Assembly: GCA_964057225.1 (NCBI GenBank)
Contig: OZ059894.1
Span: 19,840,001-19,904,000 of the forward strand
Origin: Auanema rhodensis
Taxonomy: Eukaryota; Animalia; Nematoda
DNA: 64,000 bases
Reading direction: 5' to 3'
In this document: in pieces, positions 9,101 through 24,700 of the stretch
Position numbering within the stretch: the stretch's first letter is position 1
Layout: each line of letters begins with the position of its first letter
The notes under the pieces: generated by a model
What the model was told of the DNA's origin: nothing
The model's database searches: none
What the model saw: the letters and a program-made list of their open reading frames with translations, nothing else
Translations under genes and position numbers: made by a program

Positions 9101-12100
9101 GATTCCTTTTTTCAAGGCAAAGACGATGGACAATGTTATTCAACGAAAAAATTAATTCTTCAGGGTGAAAATCGAGGATATAAGTGTGAACTTATATCAG
9201 TTGATATCTCGGTGCATTTTTAAGCTAGCGCAAATCTGATAACACAGATCGACGCAGCTTAAAAATCCGCATCGAATGCACTATACTACATTGAGAAACG
9301 CTTAATACAAAAATTAGTTATGATCGTTTGAAAAATGATGCATTAGTGTATGTTGAGTTTCCATGTACACTCAACATTGCTTCCAAAAACATTTTGACAA
9401 AAATTTTTTCGAAAAATTTCAGAATAATTTAGCAAAAAGTAGATGTTTTTAGATTCCATTTTTCAAGGCAAAGACGATGGACAATGTTATTCAACGAAAA
9501 AATTAATTCTTCAGGGTGAAAATCGAGGATATAAGTGTGAACTTATATCAGTTGATATCTCGGTGCATTTTTAAGCTAGCGCAAATCTGATAACACAGAT
9601 CGACGCAGCTTAAAAATCCGCATCGAATGCACTATACTACATTGAGAAACGCTTAATACAAAAATTAGTTATGATCGTTTGAAAAATGATGCATTAGTGT
9701 ATGTTGAGTTTCCATGTACACTCAACATTGCTTCCAAAAACATTTTGACAAAAATTTTTTCGAAAAATTTCAAAATAATTTAGCAAAAAGTAGATGTTTT
9801 TAGATTCCTTTTTTCAAGGCAAAGACGATGGACAATGTTATTCAACGAAAAAATTAATTCTTCAGGGTGAAAATCGAGGATATAAGTGTGAACTTATATC
9901 AGTTGATATCTCGGTGCATTTTTAAGCTAGCGCAAATCTGATAACACAGAACGACGCAGCTTAAAAATTCGCATCGAATGCACTATACTACATTGAGAAA
10001 CGCTTAATACAAAAATTAGTTATGATCGTTTGAAAAATGATGCATTAGTGTATGTTGAGTTTCCATGTACACTCAACATTGCTTCCAAAAACATTTTGAC
10101 AAAAATTTTTTCGAAAAATTTCAGAATAATTTAGCAAAAAGTAGATGTTTTTAGATTCCATTTTTCAAGGCAAAGACGATGGACAATGTTATTCAACGAA
10201 AAAATTAATTCTTCAGGGTGAAAATCGAGGATATAAGTGTGAACTTATATCAGTTGATATCTCGGTGCATTTTTAAGCTAGCGCAAATCTGATAACACAG
10301 ATCGACGCAGCTTAAAAATCCGCATCGAATGCACTATACTACATTGAGAAACGCTTAATACAAAAATTAGTTATGATCGTTTGAAAAATGATGCATTAGT
10401 GTATGTTGAGTTTCCATGTACACTCAACATTGCTTCCAAAAACATTTTGACAAAAAGTTTTTCGAAAAATTTCAAAATAATTTAGCAAAAAGTAGATGTT
10501 TTTAGATTCCATTTTTCAAGGCAAAGACGATGGACAATGTTATTCAACGAAAAAATTAATTCTTCAGGGTGAAAATCGAGGATATAAGTGTGAACTTATA
10601 TCAGTTGATATCTCGGTGCATTTTTAAGCTAGCGCAAATCTGATAACACAGATCGACGCAGCTTAAAAATCCGCATCGAATGCACTATACTACATTGAGA
10701 AACGCTTAATACAAAAATTAGTTATGATCGTTTGAAAAATGATGCATTAGTGTATGTTGAGTTTCCATGTACACTCAACATTGCTTCCAAAAACATTTTG
10801 ACAAAAATTTTTTCGAAAAATTTCAAAATAATTTAGCAAAAAGTAGATGTTTTTAGATTCCTTTTTTCAAGGCAAAGACGATGGACAATGTTATTCAACG
10901 AAAAAATTAATTCTTCAGGGTGAAAATCGAGGATATAAGTGTGAACTTATATCAGTTGATATCTCGGTGCATTTTTAAGCTAGCGCAAATCTGATAACAC
11001 AGAACGACGCAGCTTAAAAATTCGCATCGAATGCACTATACTACATTGAGAAACGCTTAATACAAAAATTAGTTATGATCGTTTGAAAAATGATGCATTA
11101 GTGTATGTTGAGTTTCCATGTACACTCAACATTGCTTCCAAAAACATTTTGACAAAAATTTTTTCGAAAAATTTCAGAATAATTTAGCAAAAAGTAGATG
11201 TTTTTAGATTCCATTTTTCAAGGCAAAGACGATGGACAATGTTATTCAACGAAAAAATTAATTCTTCAGGGTGAAAATCGAGGATATAAGTGTGAACTTA
11301 TATCAGTTGATATCTCGGTGCATTTTTAAGCTAGCGCAAATCTGATAACACAGATCGACGCAGCTTAAAAATCCGCATCGAATGCACTATACTACATTGA
11401 GAAACGCTTAATACAAAAATTAGTTATGATCGTTTGAAAAATGATGCATTAGTGTATGTTGAGTTTCCATGTACACTCAACATTGCTTCCAAAAACATTT
11501 TGACAAAAAGTTTTTCGAAAAATTTCAAAATAATTTAGCAAAAAGTAGATGTTTTTAGATTCCATTTTTCAAGGCAAAGACGATGGACAATGTTATTCAA
11601 CGAAAAAATTAATTCTTCAGGGTGAAAATCGAGGATATAAGTGTGAACTTATATCAGTTGATATCTCGGTGCATTTTTAAGCTAGCGCAAATCTGATAAC
11701 ACAGAACGACGCAGCTTAAAAATCCGCATCGAATGCACTATACTACATTGAGAAACGCTTAATACAAAAATTAGTTATGATCGTTTGAAAAATGATGCAT
11801 TAGTGTATGTTGAGTTTCCATGTACACTCAACATTGCTTCCAAAAACATTTTGACAAAAATTTTTTCGAAAAATTTCAGAATAATTTAGCAAAAAGTAGA
11901 TGTTTTTAGATTCCTTTTTTCAAGGCAAAGACGATGGACATTGTTATTCAACGAAAAAATTAATTCTTCAGGGTGAAAATCGAGGATATAAGTGTGAACT
12001 TATATCAGTTGATATCTCGGTGCATTTTAAGCTAGCGCAAATCTGATAACACAGAACGACGCAGCTTAAAAATTCGCATCGAATGCACTATACTACATTG

Positions 12101-13999
12101 AAAAACGCTTAATACAAAAATTAGTTATGATCGTTTGAAAAATGATGCATTAGTGTATGTTGAGTTTCCATGTACACTCAACATTGCTTCCAAAAACATT
12201 TTGACAAAAATTTTTTCGAAAAATTTCGAAATAATTTAGCAAAAAGTAGATGTTTTTAGATTCCTTTTTTCAAGGCAAAGACGATGGACAATGTTATTCA
12301 ACGAAAAAATTAATTCTTCAGGGTGAAAATCGAGGATATAAGTGTGAACTTATATCAGTTGATATCTCGGTGCATTTTTAAGCTAGCGCAAATCTGATAA
12401 CACAGAACGACGCAGCTTAAAAATTCGCATCGAATGCACTATACTACATTGAGAAACGCTTAATACAAAAATTAGTTATGATCGTTTGAAAAATGATGCA
12501 TTAGTGTATGTTGAGTTTCCATGTACACTCAACATTGCTTCCAAAAACATTTTGACAAAAATTTTTTCGAAAAATTTCAGAATAATTTAGCAAAAAGTAG
12601 ATGTTTTTAGATTCCATTTTTCAAGGCAAAGACGATGGACAATGTTATTCAACGAAAAAATTAATTCTTCAGGGTGAAAATCGAGGATATAAGTGTGAAC
12701 TTATATCAGTTGATATCTCGGTGCATTTTTAAGCTAGCGCAAATCTGATAACACAGATCGACGCAGCTTAAAAATCCGCATCGAATGCACTATACTACAT
12801 TGAGAAACGCTTAATACAAAAATTAGTTATGATCGTTTGAAAAATGATGCATTAGTGTATGTTGAGTTTCCATGTACACTCAACATTGCTTCCAAAAACA
12901 TTTTGACAAAAAGTTTTTCGAAAAATTTCAAAATAATTTAGCAAAAAGTAGATGTTTTTAGATTCCATTTTTCAAGGCAAAGACGATGGACAATGTTATT
13001 CAACGAAAAAATTAATTCTTCAGGGTGAAAATCGAGGATATAAGTGTGAACTTATATCAGTTGATATCTCGGTGCATTTTTAAGCTAGCGCAAATCTGAT
13101 AACACAGAACGACGCAGCTTAAAAATCCGCATCGAATGCACTATACTACATTGAGAAACGCTTAATACAAAAATTAGTTATGATCGTTTGAAAAATGATG
13201 CATTAGTGTATGTTGAGTTTCCATGTACACTCAACATTGCTTCCAAAAACATTTTGACAAAAATTTTTTCGAAAAATTTCAGAATAATTTAGCAAAAAGT
13301 AGATGTTTTTAGATTCCTTTTTTCAAGGCAAAGACGATGGACATTGTTATTCAACGAAAAAATTAATTCTTCAGGGTGAAAATCGAGGATATAAGTGTGA
13401 ACTTATATCAGTTGATATCTCGGTGCATTTTTAAGCTAGCGCAAATGTGATAACACAGAACGACGCAGCTTAAAAATTCGCATCGAATGCACTATACTAC
13501 ATTGAAAAACGCTTAATACAAAAATTAGTTATGATCGTTTGAAAAATGATGCATTAGTGTATGTTGAGTTTCCATGTACACTCAACATTGCTTCCAAAAA
13601 CATTTTGACAAAAATTTTTTCGAAAAATTTCGAAATAATTTAGCAAAAAGTAGATGTTTTTAGATTCCATTTTTCAAGGCAAAGACGATGGACAATGTTA
13701 TTCAACGAAAAAATCAATTCTTCAGGGTGAAAATCGAGGATATAAGTGTGAACTTATATCAGTTGATATCTCGGTGCATTTTTAAGCTAGCGCAAATCTG
13801 ATAACACAGAACGACGCAGCTTAAAAATCCGCATCGAATGCACTATACTACATTAAGAAACGCTTAATACAAAAATTAGTTATGATCGTTTGAAAAATGA
13901 TGCATTAGTGTATGTTGAGTTTCCATGTACACTCAACATTGCTTCCAAAAACATTTTGACAAAAATTTTTTCGAGAAATTTCAAAATAATTTAGCAAAA

Positions 14000-16440
14000 A
14001 GTAGATGTTTTTAGATTCCTTTTTTCAAGGCAAAGACGATGGACAATGTTATTCAACGAAAAAATTAATTCTTCAGGGTGAAAATCGAGGATATAAGTGT
14101 GAACTTATATCAGTTGATATCTCGGTGCATTTTTAAGCTAGCGCAAATCTGATAACACAGATCGACGCAGCTTAAAAATCCGCATCGAATGCACTATACT
14201 ACATTGAGAAACGCTTAATACAAAAATTAGTTATGATCGTTTGAAAAATGATGCATTAGTGTATGTTGAGTTTCCATGTACACTCAACATTGCTTCCAAA
14301 AACATTTTGACAAAAATTTTTTCGAAAAATTTCAGAATAATTTAGCAAAAAGTAGATGTTTTTAGATTCCATTTTTCAAGGCAAAGACGATGGACAATGT
14401 TATTCAACGAAAAAATTAATTCTTCAGGGTGAAAATCGAGGATATAAGTGTGAACTTATATCAGTTGATATCTCGGTGCATTTTTAAGCTAGCGCAAATC
14501 TGATAACACAGATCGACGCAGCTTAAAAATCCGCATCGAATGCACTATACTACATTGAAAAACGCTTACTACAAAAATTAGTTATGATCGTTTGAAAAAT
14601 GATGCATTAGTGTATGTTGAGTTTCCATGTACACTCAACATTGCTTCCAAAAACATTTTGACAAAAAGTTTTTCGAAAAATTTCAAAATAATTTAGCAAA
14701 AAGTAGATGTTTTTAGATTCCATTTTTCAAGGCAAAGACGATGGACAATGTTATTCAACGAAAAAATTAATTCTTCAGGGTGAAAATCGAGGATATAAGT
14801 GTGAACTTATATCAGTTGATATCTCGGTGCATTTTTAAGCTAGCGCAAATCTGATAACACAGATCGACGCAGCTTAAAAATCCGCATCGAATGCACTATA
14901 CTACATTGAGAAACGCTTAATACAAAAATTAGTTATGATCGTTTGAAAAATGATGCATTAGTGTATGTTGAGTTTCCATGTACACTCAACATTGCTTCCA
15001 AAAACATTTTGACAAAAATTTTTTCGAAAAATTTCAGAATAATTTAGCAAAAAGTAGATGTTTTTAGATTCCTTTTTTCAAGGCAAAGACGATGGACAAT
15101 GTTATTCAACGAAAAAATTAATTCTTCAGGGTGAAAATCGAGGATATAAGTGTGAACTTATATCAGTTGATATCTCGGTGCATTTTTAAGCTAGCGCAAA
15201 TCTGATAACACAGATCGACGCAGCTTAAAAATCCGCATCGAATGCACTATACTACATTGAGAAACGCTTAATACAAAAATTAGTTATGATCGTTTGAAAA
15301 ATGATGCATTAGTGTATGTTGAGTTTCCATGTACACTCAACATTGCTTCCAAAAACATTTTGACAAAAATTTTTTCGAAAAATTTCAGAATAATTTAGCA
15401 AAAAGTAGATGTTTTTAGATTCCATTTTTCAAGGCAAAGACGATGGACAATGTTATTCAACGAAAAAATTAATTCTTCAGGGTGAAAATCGAGGATATAA
15501 GTGTGAACTTATATCAGTTGATATCTCGGTGCATTTTTAAGCTAGCGCAAATCTGATAACACAGATCGACGCAGCTTAAAAATCCGCATCGAATGCACTA
15601 TACTACATTGAAAAACGCTTACTACAAAAATTAGTTATGATCGTTTGAAAAATGATGCATTAGTGTATGTTGAGTTTCCATGTACACTCAACATTGCTTC
15701 CAAAAACATTTTGACAAAAAGTTTTTCGAAAAATTTCAAAATAATTTAGCAAAAAGTAGATGTTTTTAGATTCCATTTTTCAAGGCAAAGACGATGGACA
15801 ATGTTATTCAACGAAAAAATTAATTCTTCAGGGTGAAAATCGAGGATATAAGTGTGAACTTATATCAGTTGATATCTCGGTGCATTTTTAAGCTAGCGCA
15901 AATCTGATAACACAGATCGACGCAGCTTAAAAATCCGCATCGAATGCACTATACTACATTGAGAAACGCTTAATACAAAAATTAGTTATGATCGTTTGAA
16001 AAATGATGCATTAGTGTATGTTGAGTTTCCATGTACACTCAACATTGCTTCCAAAAACATTTTGACAAAAATTTTTTCGAAAAATTTCAGAATAATTTAG
16101 CAAAAAGTAGATGTTTTTAGATTCCTTTTTTCAAGGCAAAGACGATGGACAATGTTATTCAACGAAAAAATTAATTCTTCAGGGTGAAAATCGAGGATAT
16201 AAGTGTGAACTTATATCAGTTGATATCTCGGTGCATTTTTAAGCTAGCGCAAATCTGATAACACAGATCGACGCAGCTTAAAAATCCGCATCGAATGCAC
16301 TATACTACATTGAGAAACGCTTAATACAAAAATTAGTTATGATCGTTTGAAAAATGATGCATTAGTGTATGTTGAGTTTCCATGTACACTCAACATTGCT
16401 TCCAAAAACATTTTGACAAAAATTTTTTCGAAAAATTTCA
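14000..16440 (+). repeat. Local 3-monomer (1053 bp) tandem duplication
   Basis: The private variant CTTACTAC occurs at 14569 and 15622, with matching neighbouring haplotypes. Confidence 0.8.
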
Positions 16441-18743
16441 AAATAATTTAGCAAAAAGTAGATGTTTTTAGATTCCTTTTTTCAAGGCAAAGACGATGGA
16501 CAATGTTATTCAACGAAAAAATTAATTCTTCAGGGTGAAAATCGAGGATATAATTGTGAACTTATATCAGTTGATATCTCGGTGCATTTTCAAGCTAGCG
16601 CAAATCTGATAACACAGAACGACGCAGCTTAAAAATCCGCATCGAATGCACTATACTACATTGAAAAACGCTTAATACAAAAATTAGTTATGATCGTTTG
16701 AAAAATGATGCATTAGTGTATGTTGAGTTTCCATGTACACTCAACATTGCTTCCAAAAACATTTTGACAAAAAGTTTTTCGAAAAATTTCAAGATAATTT
16801 AGCAAAAAGTAGATGTTTTTAGATTCCTTTTTTCAAGGCAAAGACGATGGACAATGTTATTCAACGAAAAAATTAATTCTTCAGGGTGAAAATCGAGGAT
16901 ATAAGTGTGAACTTATATCAGTTGATATCTCGGTGCATTTTTAAGCTAGCGCAAATCTGATAACACAGATCGACGCAGCTTAAAAATCCGCATCGAATGC
17001 ACTATACTACATTGAGAAACGCTTAATACAAAAATTAGTTATGATCGTTTGAAAAATGATGCATTAGTGTATGTTGAGTTTCCATGTACACTCAACATTG
17101 CTTCCAAAAACATTTTGACAAAAATTTTTTCGAGAAATTTCAAAATAATTTAGCAAAAAGTAGATGTTTTTAGATTCCTTTTTTCAAGGCAAAGACGATG
17201 GACAATGTTATTCAACGAAAAAATTAATTCTTCAGGGTGAAAATCGAGGATATAAGTGTGAACTTATATCAGTTGATATCTCGGTGCATTTTTAAGCTAG
17301 CGCAAATCTGATAACACAGATCGACGCAGCTTAAAAATCCGCATCGAATGCACTATACTACATTGAGAAACGCTTAATACAAAAATTAGTTATGATCGTT
17401 TGAAAAATGATGCATTAGTGTATGTTGAGTTTCCATGTACACTCAACATTGCTTCCAAAAACATTTTGACAAAAATTTTTTCGAAAAATTTCAGAATAAT
17501 TTAGCAAAAAGTAGATGTTTTTAGATTCCATTTTTCAAGGCAAAGACGATGGACAATGTTATTCAACGAAAAAATTAATTCTTCAGGGTGAAAATCGAGG
17601 ATATAAGTGTGAACTTATATCAGTTGATATCTCGGTGCATTTTTAAGCTAGCGCAAATCTGATAACACAGATCGACGCAGCTTAAAAATCCGCATCGAAT
17701 GCACTATACTACATTGAGAAACGCTTAATACAAAAATTAGTTATGATCGTTTGAAAAATGATGCATTAGTGTATGTTGAGTTTCCATGTACACTCAACAT
17801 TGCTTCCAAAAACATTTTGACAAAAATTTTTTCGAAAAATTTCAAAATAATTTAGCAAAAAGTAGATGTTTTTAGATTCCTTTTTTCAAGGCAAAGACGA
17901 TGGACAATGTTATTCAACGAAAAAATTAATTCTTCAGGGTGAAAATCGAGGATATAAGTGTGAACTTATATCAGTTGATATCTCGGTGCATTTTTAAGCT
18001 AGCGCAAATCTGATAACACAGAACGACGCAGCTTAAAAATTCGCATCGAATGCACTATACTACATTGAGAAACGCTTAATACAAAAATTAGTTATGATCG
18101 TTTGAAAAATGATGCATTAGTGTATGTTGAGTTTCCATGTACACTCAACATTGCTTCCAAAAACATTTTGACAAAAATTTTTTCGAAAAATTTCAGAATA
18201 ATTTAGCAAAAAGTAGATGTTTTTAGATTCCATTTTTCAAGGCAAAGACGATGGACAATGTTATTCAACGAAAAAATTAATTCTTCAGGGTGAAAATCGA
18301 GGATATAAGTGTGAACTTATATCAGTTGATATCTCGGTGCATTTTTAAGCTAGCGCAAATCTGATAACACAGATCGACGCAGCTTAAAAATCCGCATCGA
18401 ATGCACTATACTACATTGAGAAACGCTTAATACAAAAATTAGTTATGATCGTTTGAAAAATGATGCATTAGTGTATGTTGAGTTTCCATGTACACTCAAC
18501 ATTGCTTCCAAAAACATTTTGACAAAAAGTTTTTCGAAAAATTTCAAAATAATTTAGCAAAAAGTAGATGTTTTTAGATTCCATTTTTCAAGGCAAAGAC
18601 GATGGACAATGTTATTCAACGAAAAAATTAATTCTTCAGGGTGAAAATCGAGGATATAAGTGTGAACTTATATCAGTTGATATCTCGGTGCATTTTTAAG
18701 CTAGCGCAAATCTGATAACACAGAACGACGCAGCTTAAAAATC

Positions 18744-21700
18744 CGCATCGAATGCACTATACTACATTGAGAAACGCTTAATACAAAAATTAGTTATGAT
18801 CGTTTGAAAAATGATGCATTAGTGTATGTTGAGTTTCCATGTACACTCAACATTGCTTCCAAAAACATTTTGACAAACATTTTTTCGAAAAATTTCAGAA
18901 TAATTTAGCAAAAAGTAGATGTTTTTAGATTCCTTTTTTCAAGGCAAAGACGATGGACATTGTTATTCAACGAAAAAATTAATTCTTCAGGGTGAAAATC
19001 GAGGATATAAGTGTGAACTTATATCAGTTGATATCTCGGTGCATTTTTAAGCTAGCGCAAATCTGATAACACAGAACGACGCAGCTTAAAAATTCGCATC
19101 GAATGCACTATACTACATTGAAAAACGCTTAATACAAAAATTAGTTATGATCGTTTGAAAAATGATGCATTAGTGTATGTTGAGTTTCCATGTACACTCA
19201 ACATTGCTTCCAAAAACATTTTGACAAAAATTTTTTCGAAAAATTTCGAAATAATTTAGCAAAAAGTAGATGTTTTTAGATTCCATTTTTCAAGGCAAAG
19301 ACGATGGACAATGTTATTCAACGAAAAAATCAATTCTTCAGGGTGAAAATCGAGGATATAAGTGTGAACTTATATCAGTTGATATCTCGGTGCATTTTTA
19401 AGCTAGCGCAAATCTGATAACACAGAACGACGCAGCTTAAAAATCCGCATCGAATGCACTATACTACATTAAGAAACGCTTAATACAAAAATTAGTTATG
19501 ATCGTTTGAAAAATGATGCATTAGTGTATGTTGAGTTTCCATGTACACTCAACATTGCTTCCAAAAACATTTTGACAAAAATTTTTTCGAGAAATTTCAA
19601 AATAATTTAGCAAAAAGTAGATGTTTTTAGATTCCTTTTTTCAAGGCAAAGACGATGGACAATGTTATTCAACGAAAAAATTAATTCTTCAGGGTGAAAA
19701 TCGAGGATATAAGTGTGAACTTATATCAGTTGATATCTCGGTGCATTTTTAAGCTAGCGCAAATCTGATAACACAGATCGACGCAGCTTAAAAATCCGCA
19801 TCGAATGCACTATACTACATTGAGAAACGCTTAATACAAAAATTAGTTATGATCGTTTGAAAAATGATGCATTAGTGTATGTTGAGTTTCCATGTACACT
19901 CAACATTGCTTCCAAAAACATTTTGACAAAAATTTTTTCGAAAAATTTCAGAATAATTTAGCAAAAAGTAGATGTTTTTAGATTCCATTTTTCAAGGCAA
20001 AGACGATGGACAATGTTATTCAACGAAAAAATTAATTCTTCAGGGTGAAAATCGAGGATATAAGTGTGAACTTATATCAGTTGATATCTCGGTGCATTTT
20101 TAAGCTAGCGCAAATCTGATAACACAGATCGACGCAGCTTAAAAATCCGCATCGAATGCACTATACTACATTGAAAAACGCTTAATACAAAAATTAGTTA
20201 TGATCGTTTGAAAAATGATGCATTAGTGTATGTTGAGTTTCCATGTACACTCAACATTGCTTCCAAAAACATTTTGACAAAAAGTTTTTCGAAAAATTTC
20301 AAAATAATTTAGCAAAAAGTAGATGTTTTTAGATTCCATTTTTCAAGGCAAAGACGATGGACAATGTTATTCAACGAAAAAATTAATTCTTCAGGGTGAA
20401 AATCGAGGATATAAGTGTGAACTTATATCAGTTGATATCTCGGTGCATTTTTAAGCTAGCGCAAATCTGATAACACAGAACGACGCAGCTTAAAAATCCG
20501 CATCGAATGCACTATACTACATTGAGAAACGCTTAATACAAAAATTAGTTATGATCGTTTGAAAAATGATGCATTAGTGTATGTTGAGTTTCCATGTACA
20601 CTCAACATTGCTTCCAAAAACATTTTGACAAAAATTTTTTCGAAAAATTTCAGAATAATTTAGCAAAAAGTAGATGTTTTTAGATTCCTTTTTTCAAGGC
20701 AAAGACGATGGACATTGTTTTTCAACGAAAAAATTAATTCTTCAGGGTGAAAATCGAGGATATAAGTGTGAACTTATATCAGTTGATATCTCGGTGCATT
20801 TTTAAGCTAGCGCAAATCTGATAACACAGATCGACGCAGCTTAAAAATCCGCATCGAATGCACTATACTACATTGAGAAACGCTTAATACAAAAATTAGT
20901 TATGATCGTTTGAAAAATGATGCATTAGTGTATGTTGAGTTTCCATGTACACTCAACATTGCTTCCAAAAACATTTTGACAAAAATTTTTTCGAAAAATT
21001 TCAGAATAATTTAGCAAAAAGTAGATGTTTTTAGATTCCATTTTTCAAGGCAAAGACGATGGACAATGTTATTCAACGAAAAAATTAATTCTTCAGGGTG
21101 AAAATCGAGGATATAAGTGTGAACTTATATCAGTTGATATCTCGGTGCATTTTTAAGCTAGCGCAAATCTGATAACACAGATCGACGCAGCTTAAAAATC
21201 CGCATCGAATGCACTATACTACATTGAAAAACGCTTAATACAAAAATTAGTTATGATCGTTTGAAAAATGATGCATTAGTGTATGTTGAGTTTCCATGTA
21301 CACTCAACATTGCTTCCAAAAACATTTTGACAAAAAGTTTTTCGAAAAATTTCAAAATAATTTAGCAAAAAGTAGATGTTTTTAGATTCCATTTTTCAAG
21401 GCAAAGACGATGGACAATGTTATTCAACGAAAAAATTAATTCTTCAGGGTGAAAATCGAGGATATAAGTGTGAACTTATATCAGTTGATATCTCGGTGCA
21501 TTTTTAAGCTAGCGCAAATCTGATAACACAGAACGACGCAGCTTAAAAATCCGCATCGAATGCACTATACTACATTGAGAAACGCTTAATACAAAAATTA
21601 GTTATGATCGTTTGAAAAATGATGCATTAGTGTATGTTGAGTTTCCATGTACACTCAACATTGCTTCCAAAAACATTTTGACAAAAATTTTTTCGAAAAA

Positions 21701-24700
21701 TTTCAGAATAATTTAGCAAAAAGTAGATGTTTTTAGATTCCTTTTTTCAAGGCAAAGACGATGGACATTGTTATTCAACGAAAAAATTAATTCTTCAGGG
21801 TGAAAATCGAGGATATAAGTGTGAACTTATATCAGTTGATATCTCGGTGCATTTTTAAGCTAGCGCAAATCTGATAACACAGAACGACGCAGCTTAAAAA
21901 TTCGCATCGAATGCACTATACTACATTGAAAAACGCTTAATACAAAAATTAGTTATGATCGTTTGAAAAATGATGCATTAGTGTATGTTGAGTTTCCATG
22001 TACACTCAACATTGCTTCCAAAAACATTTTGACAAAAAGTTTTTCGAAAAATTTCAAAATAATTTAGCAAAAAGTAGATGTTTTTAGATTCCATTTTTCA
22101 AGGCAAAGACGATGGACAATGTTATTCAACGAAAAAATTAATTCTTCAGGGTGAAAATCGAGGATATAAGTGTGAACTTATATCAGTTGATATCTCGGTG
22201 CATTTTTAAGCTAGCGCAAATCTGATAACACAGAACGACGCAGCTTAAAAATCCGCATCGAATGCACTATACTACATTGAGAAACGCTTAATACAAAAAT
22301 TAGTTATGATCGTTTGAAAAATGATGCATTAGTGTATGTTGAGTTTCCATGTACACTCAACATTGCTTCCAAAAACATTTTGACAAAAATTTTTTCGAAA
22401 AATTTCAGAATAATTTAGCAAAAAGTAGATGTTTTTAGATTCCTTTTTTCAAGGCAAAGACGATGGACAATGTTATTCAACGAAAAAATTAATTCTTCAG
22501 GGTGAAAATCGAGGATATAAGTGTGAACTTATATCAGTTGATATCTCGGTGCATTTTTAAGCTAGCGCAAATCTGATAACACAGATCGACGCAGCTTAAA
22601 AATCCGCATCGAATGCACTATACTACATTGAGAAACGCTTAATACAAAAATTAGTTATGATCGTTTGAAAAATGATGCATTAGTGTATGTTGAGTTTCCA
22701 TGTACACTCAACATTGCTTCCAAAAACATTTTGACAAAAATTTTTTCGAAAAATTTCAAAATAATTTAGCAAAAAGTAGATGTTTTTAGATTCCTTTTTT
22801 CAAGGCAAAGACGATGGACAATGTTATTCAACGAAAAAATTAATTCTTCAGGGTGAAAATCGAGGATATAATTGTGAACTTATATCAGTTGATATCTCGG
22901 TGCATTTTTAAGCTAGCGCAAATCTGATAACACAGAACGACGCAGCTTAAAAATCCGCATCGAATGCACTATACTACATTGAAAAACGCTTAATACAAAA
23001 ATTAGTTATGATCGTTTGAAAAATGATGCATTAGTGTATGTTGAGTTTCCATGTACACTCAACATTGCTTCCAAAAACATTTTGACAAAAAGTTTTTCGA
23101 AAAATTTCAAAATAATTTAGCAAAAAGTAGATGTTTTTAGATTCCTTTTTTCAAGGCAAAGACGATGGACAATGTTATTCAACGAAAAAATTAATTCTTC
23201 AGGGTGAAAATCGAGGATATAAGTGTGAACTTATATCAGTTGATATCTCGGTGCATTTTTAAGCTAGCGCAAATCTGATAACACAGATCGACGCAGCTTA
23301 AAAATCCGCATCGAATGCACTATACTACATTGAGAAACGCTTAATACAAAAATTAGTTATGATCGTTTGAAAAATGATGCATTAGTGTATGTTGAGTTTC
23401 CATGTACACTCAACATTGCTTCCAAAAACATTTTGACAAAAATTTTTTCGAGAAATTTCAAAATAATTTAGCAAAAAGTAGATGTTTTTAGATTCCTTTT
23501 TTCAAGGCGAAGACGATGGACAATGTTATTCAACGAAAAAATTAATTCTTCAGGGTGAAAATCGAGGATATAAGTGTGAACTTATATCAGTTGATATCTC
23601 GGTGCATTTTTAAGCTAGCGCAAATCTGATAACACAGATCGACGCAGCTTAAAAATCCGCATCGAATGCACTATACTACATTGAGAAACGCTTAATACAA
23701 AAATTAGTTATGATCGTTTGAAAAATGATGCATTAGTGTATGTTGAGTTTCCATGTACACTCAACATTGCTTCCAAAAACATTTTGACAAAAATTTTTTC
23801 GAAAAATTTCAGAATAATTTAGCAAAAAGTAGATGTTTTTAGATTCCATTTTTCAAGGCAAAGACGATGGACAATGTTATTCAACGAAAAAATTAATTCT
23901 TCAGGGTGAAAATCGAGGATATAAGTGTGAACTTATATCAGTTGATATCTCGGTGCATTTTTAAGCTAGCGCAAATCTGATAACACAGATCGACGCAGCT
24001 TAAAAATCCGCATCGAATGCACTATACTACATTGAGAAACGCTTAATACAAAAATTAGTTATGATCGTTTGAAAAATGATGCATTAGTGTATGTTGAGTT
24101 TCCATGTACACTCAACATTGCTTCCAAAAACATTTTGACAAAAATTTTTTCGAAAAATTTCAAAATAATTTAGCAAAAAGTAGATGTTTTTAGATTCCTT
24201 TTTTCAAGGCAAAGACGATGGACAATGTTATTCAACGAAAAAATTAATTCTTCAGGGTGAAAATCGAGGATATAAGTGTGAACTTATATCAGTTGATATC
24301 TCGGTGCATTTTTAAGCTAGCGCAAATCTGATAACACAGAACGACGCAGCTTAAAAATTCGCATCGAATGCACTATACTACATTGAGAAACGCTTAATAC
24401 AAAAATTAGTTATGATCGTTTGAAAAATGATGCATTAGTGTATGTTGAGTTTCCATGTACACTCAACATTGCTTCCAAAAACATTTTGACAAACATTTTT
24501 TCGAAAAATTTCAGAATAATTTAGCAAAAAGTAGATGTTTTTAGATTCCTTTTTTCAAGGCAAAGACGATGGACATTGTTATTCAACGAAAAAATTAATT
24601 CTTCAGGGTGAAAATCGAGGATATAAGTGTGAACTTATATCAGTTGATATCTCGGTGCATTTTTAAGCTAGCGCAAATCTGATAACACAGAACGACGCAG

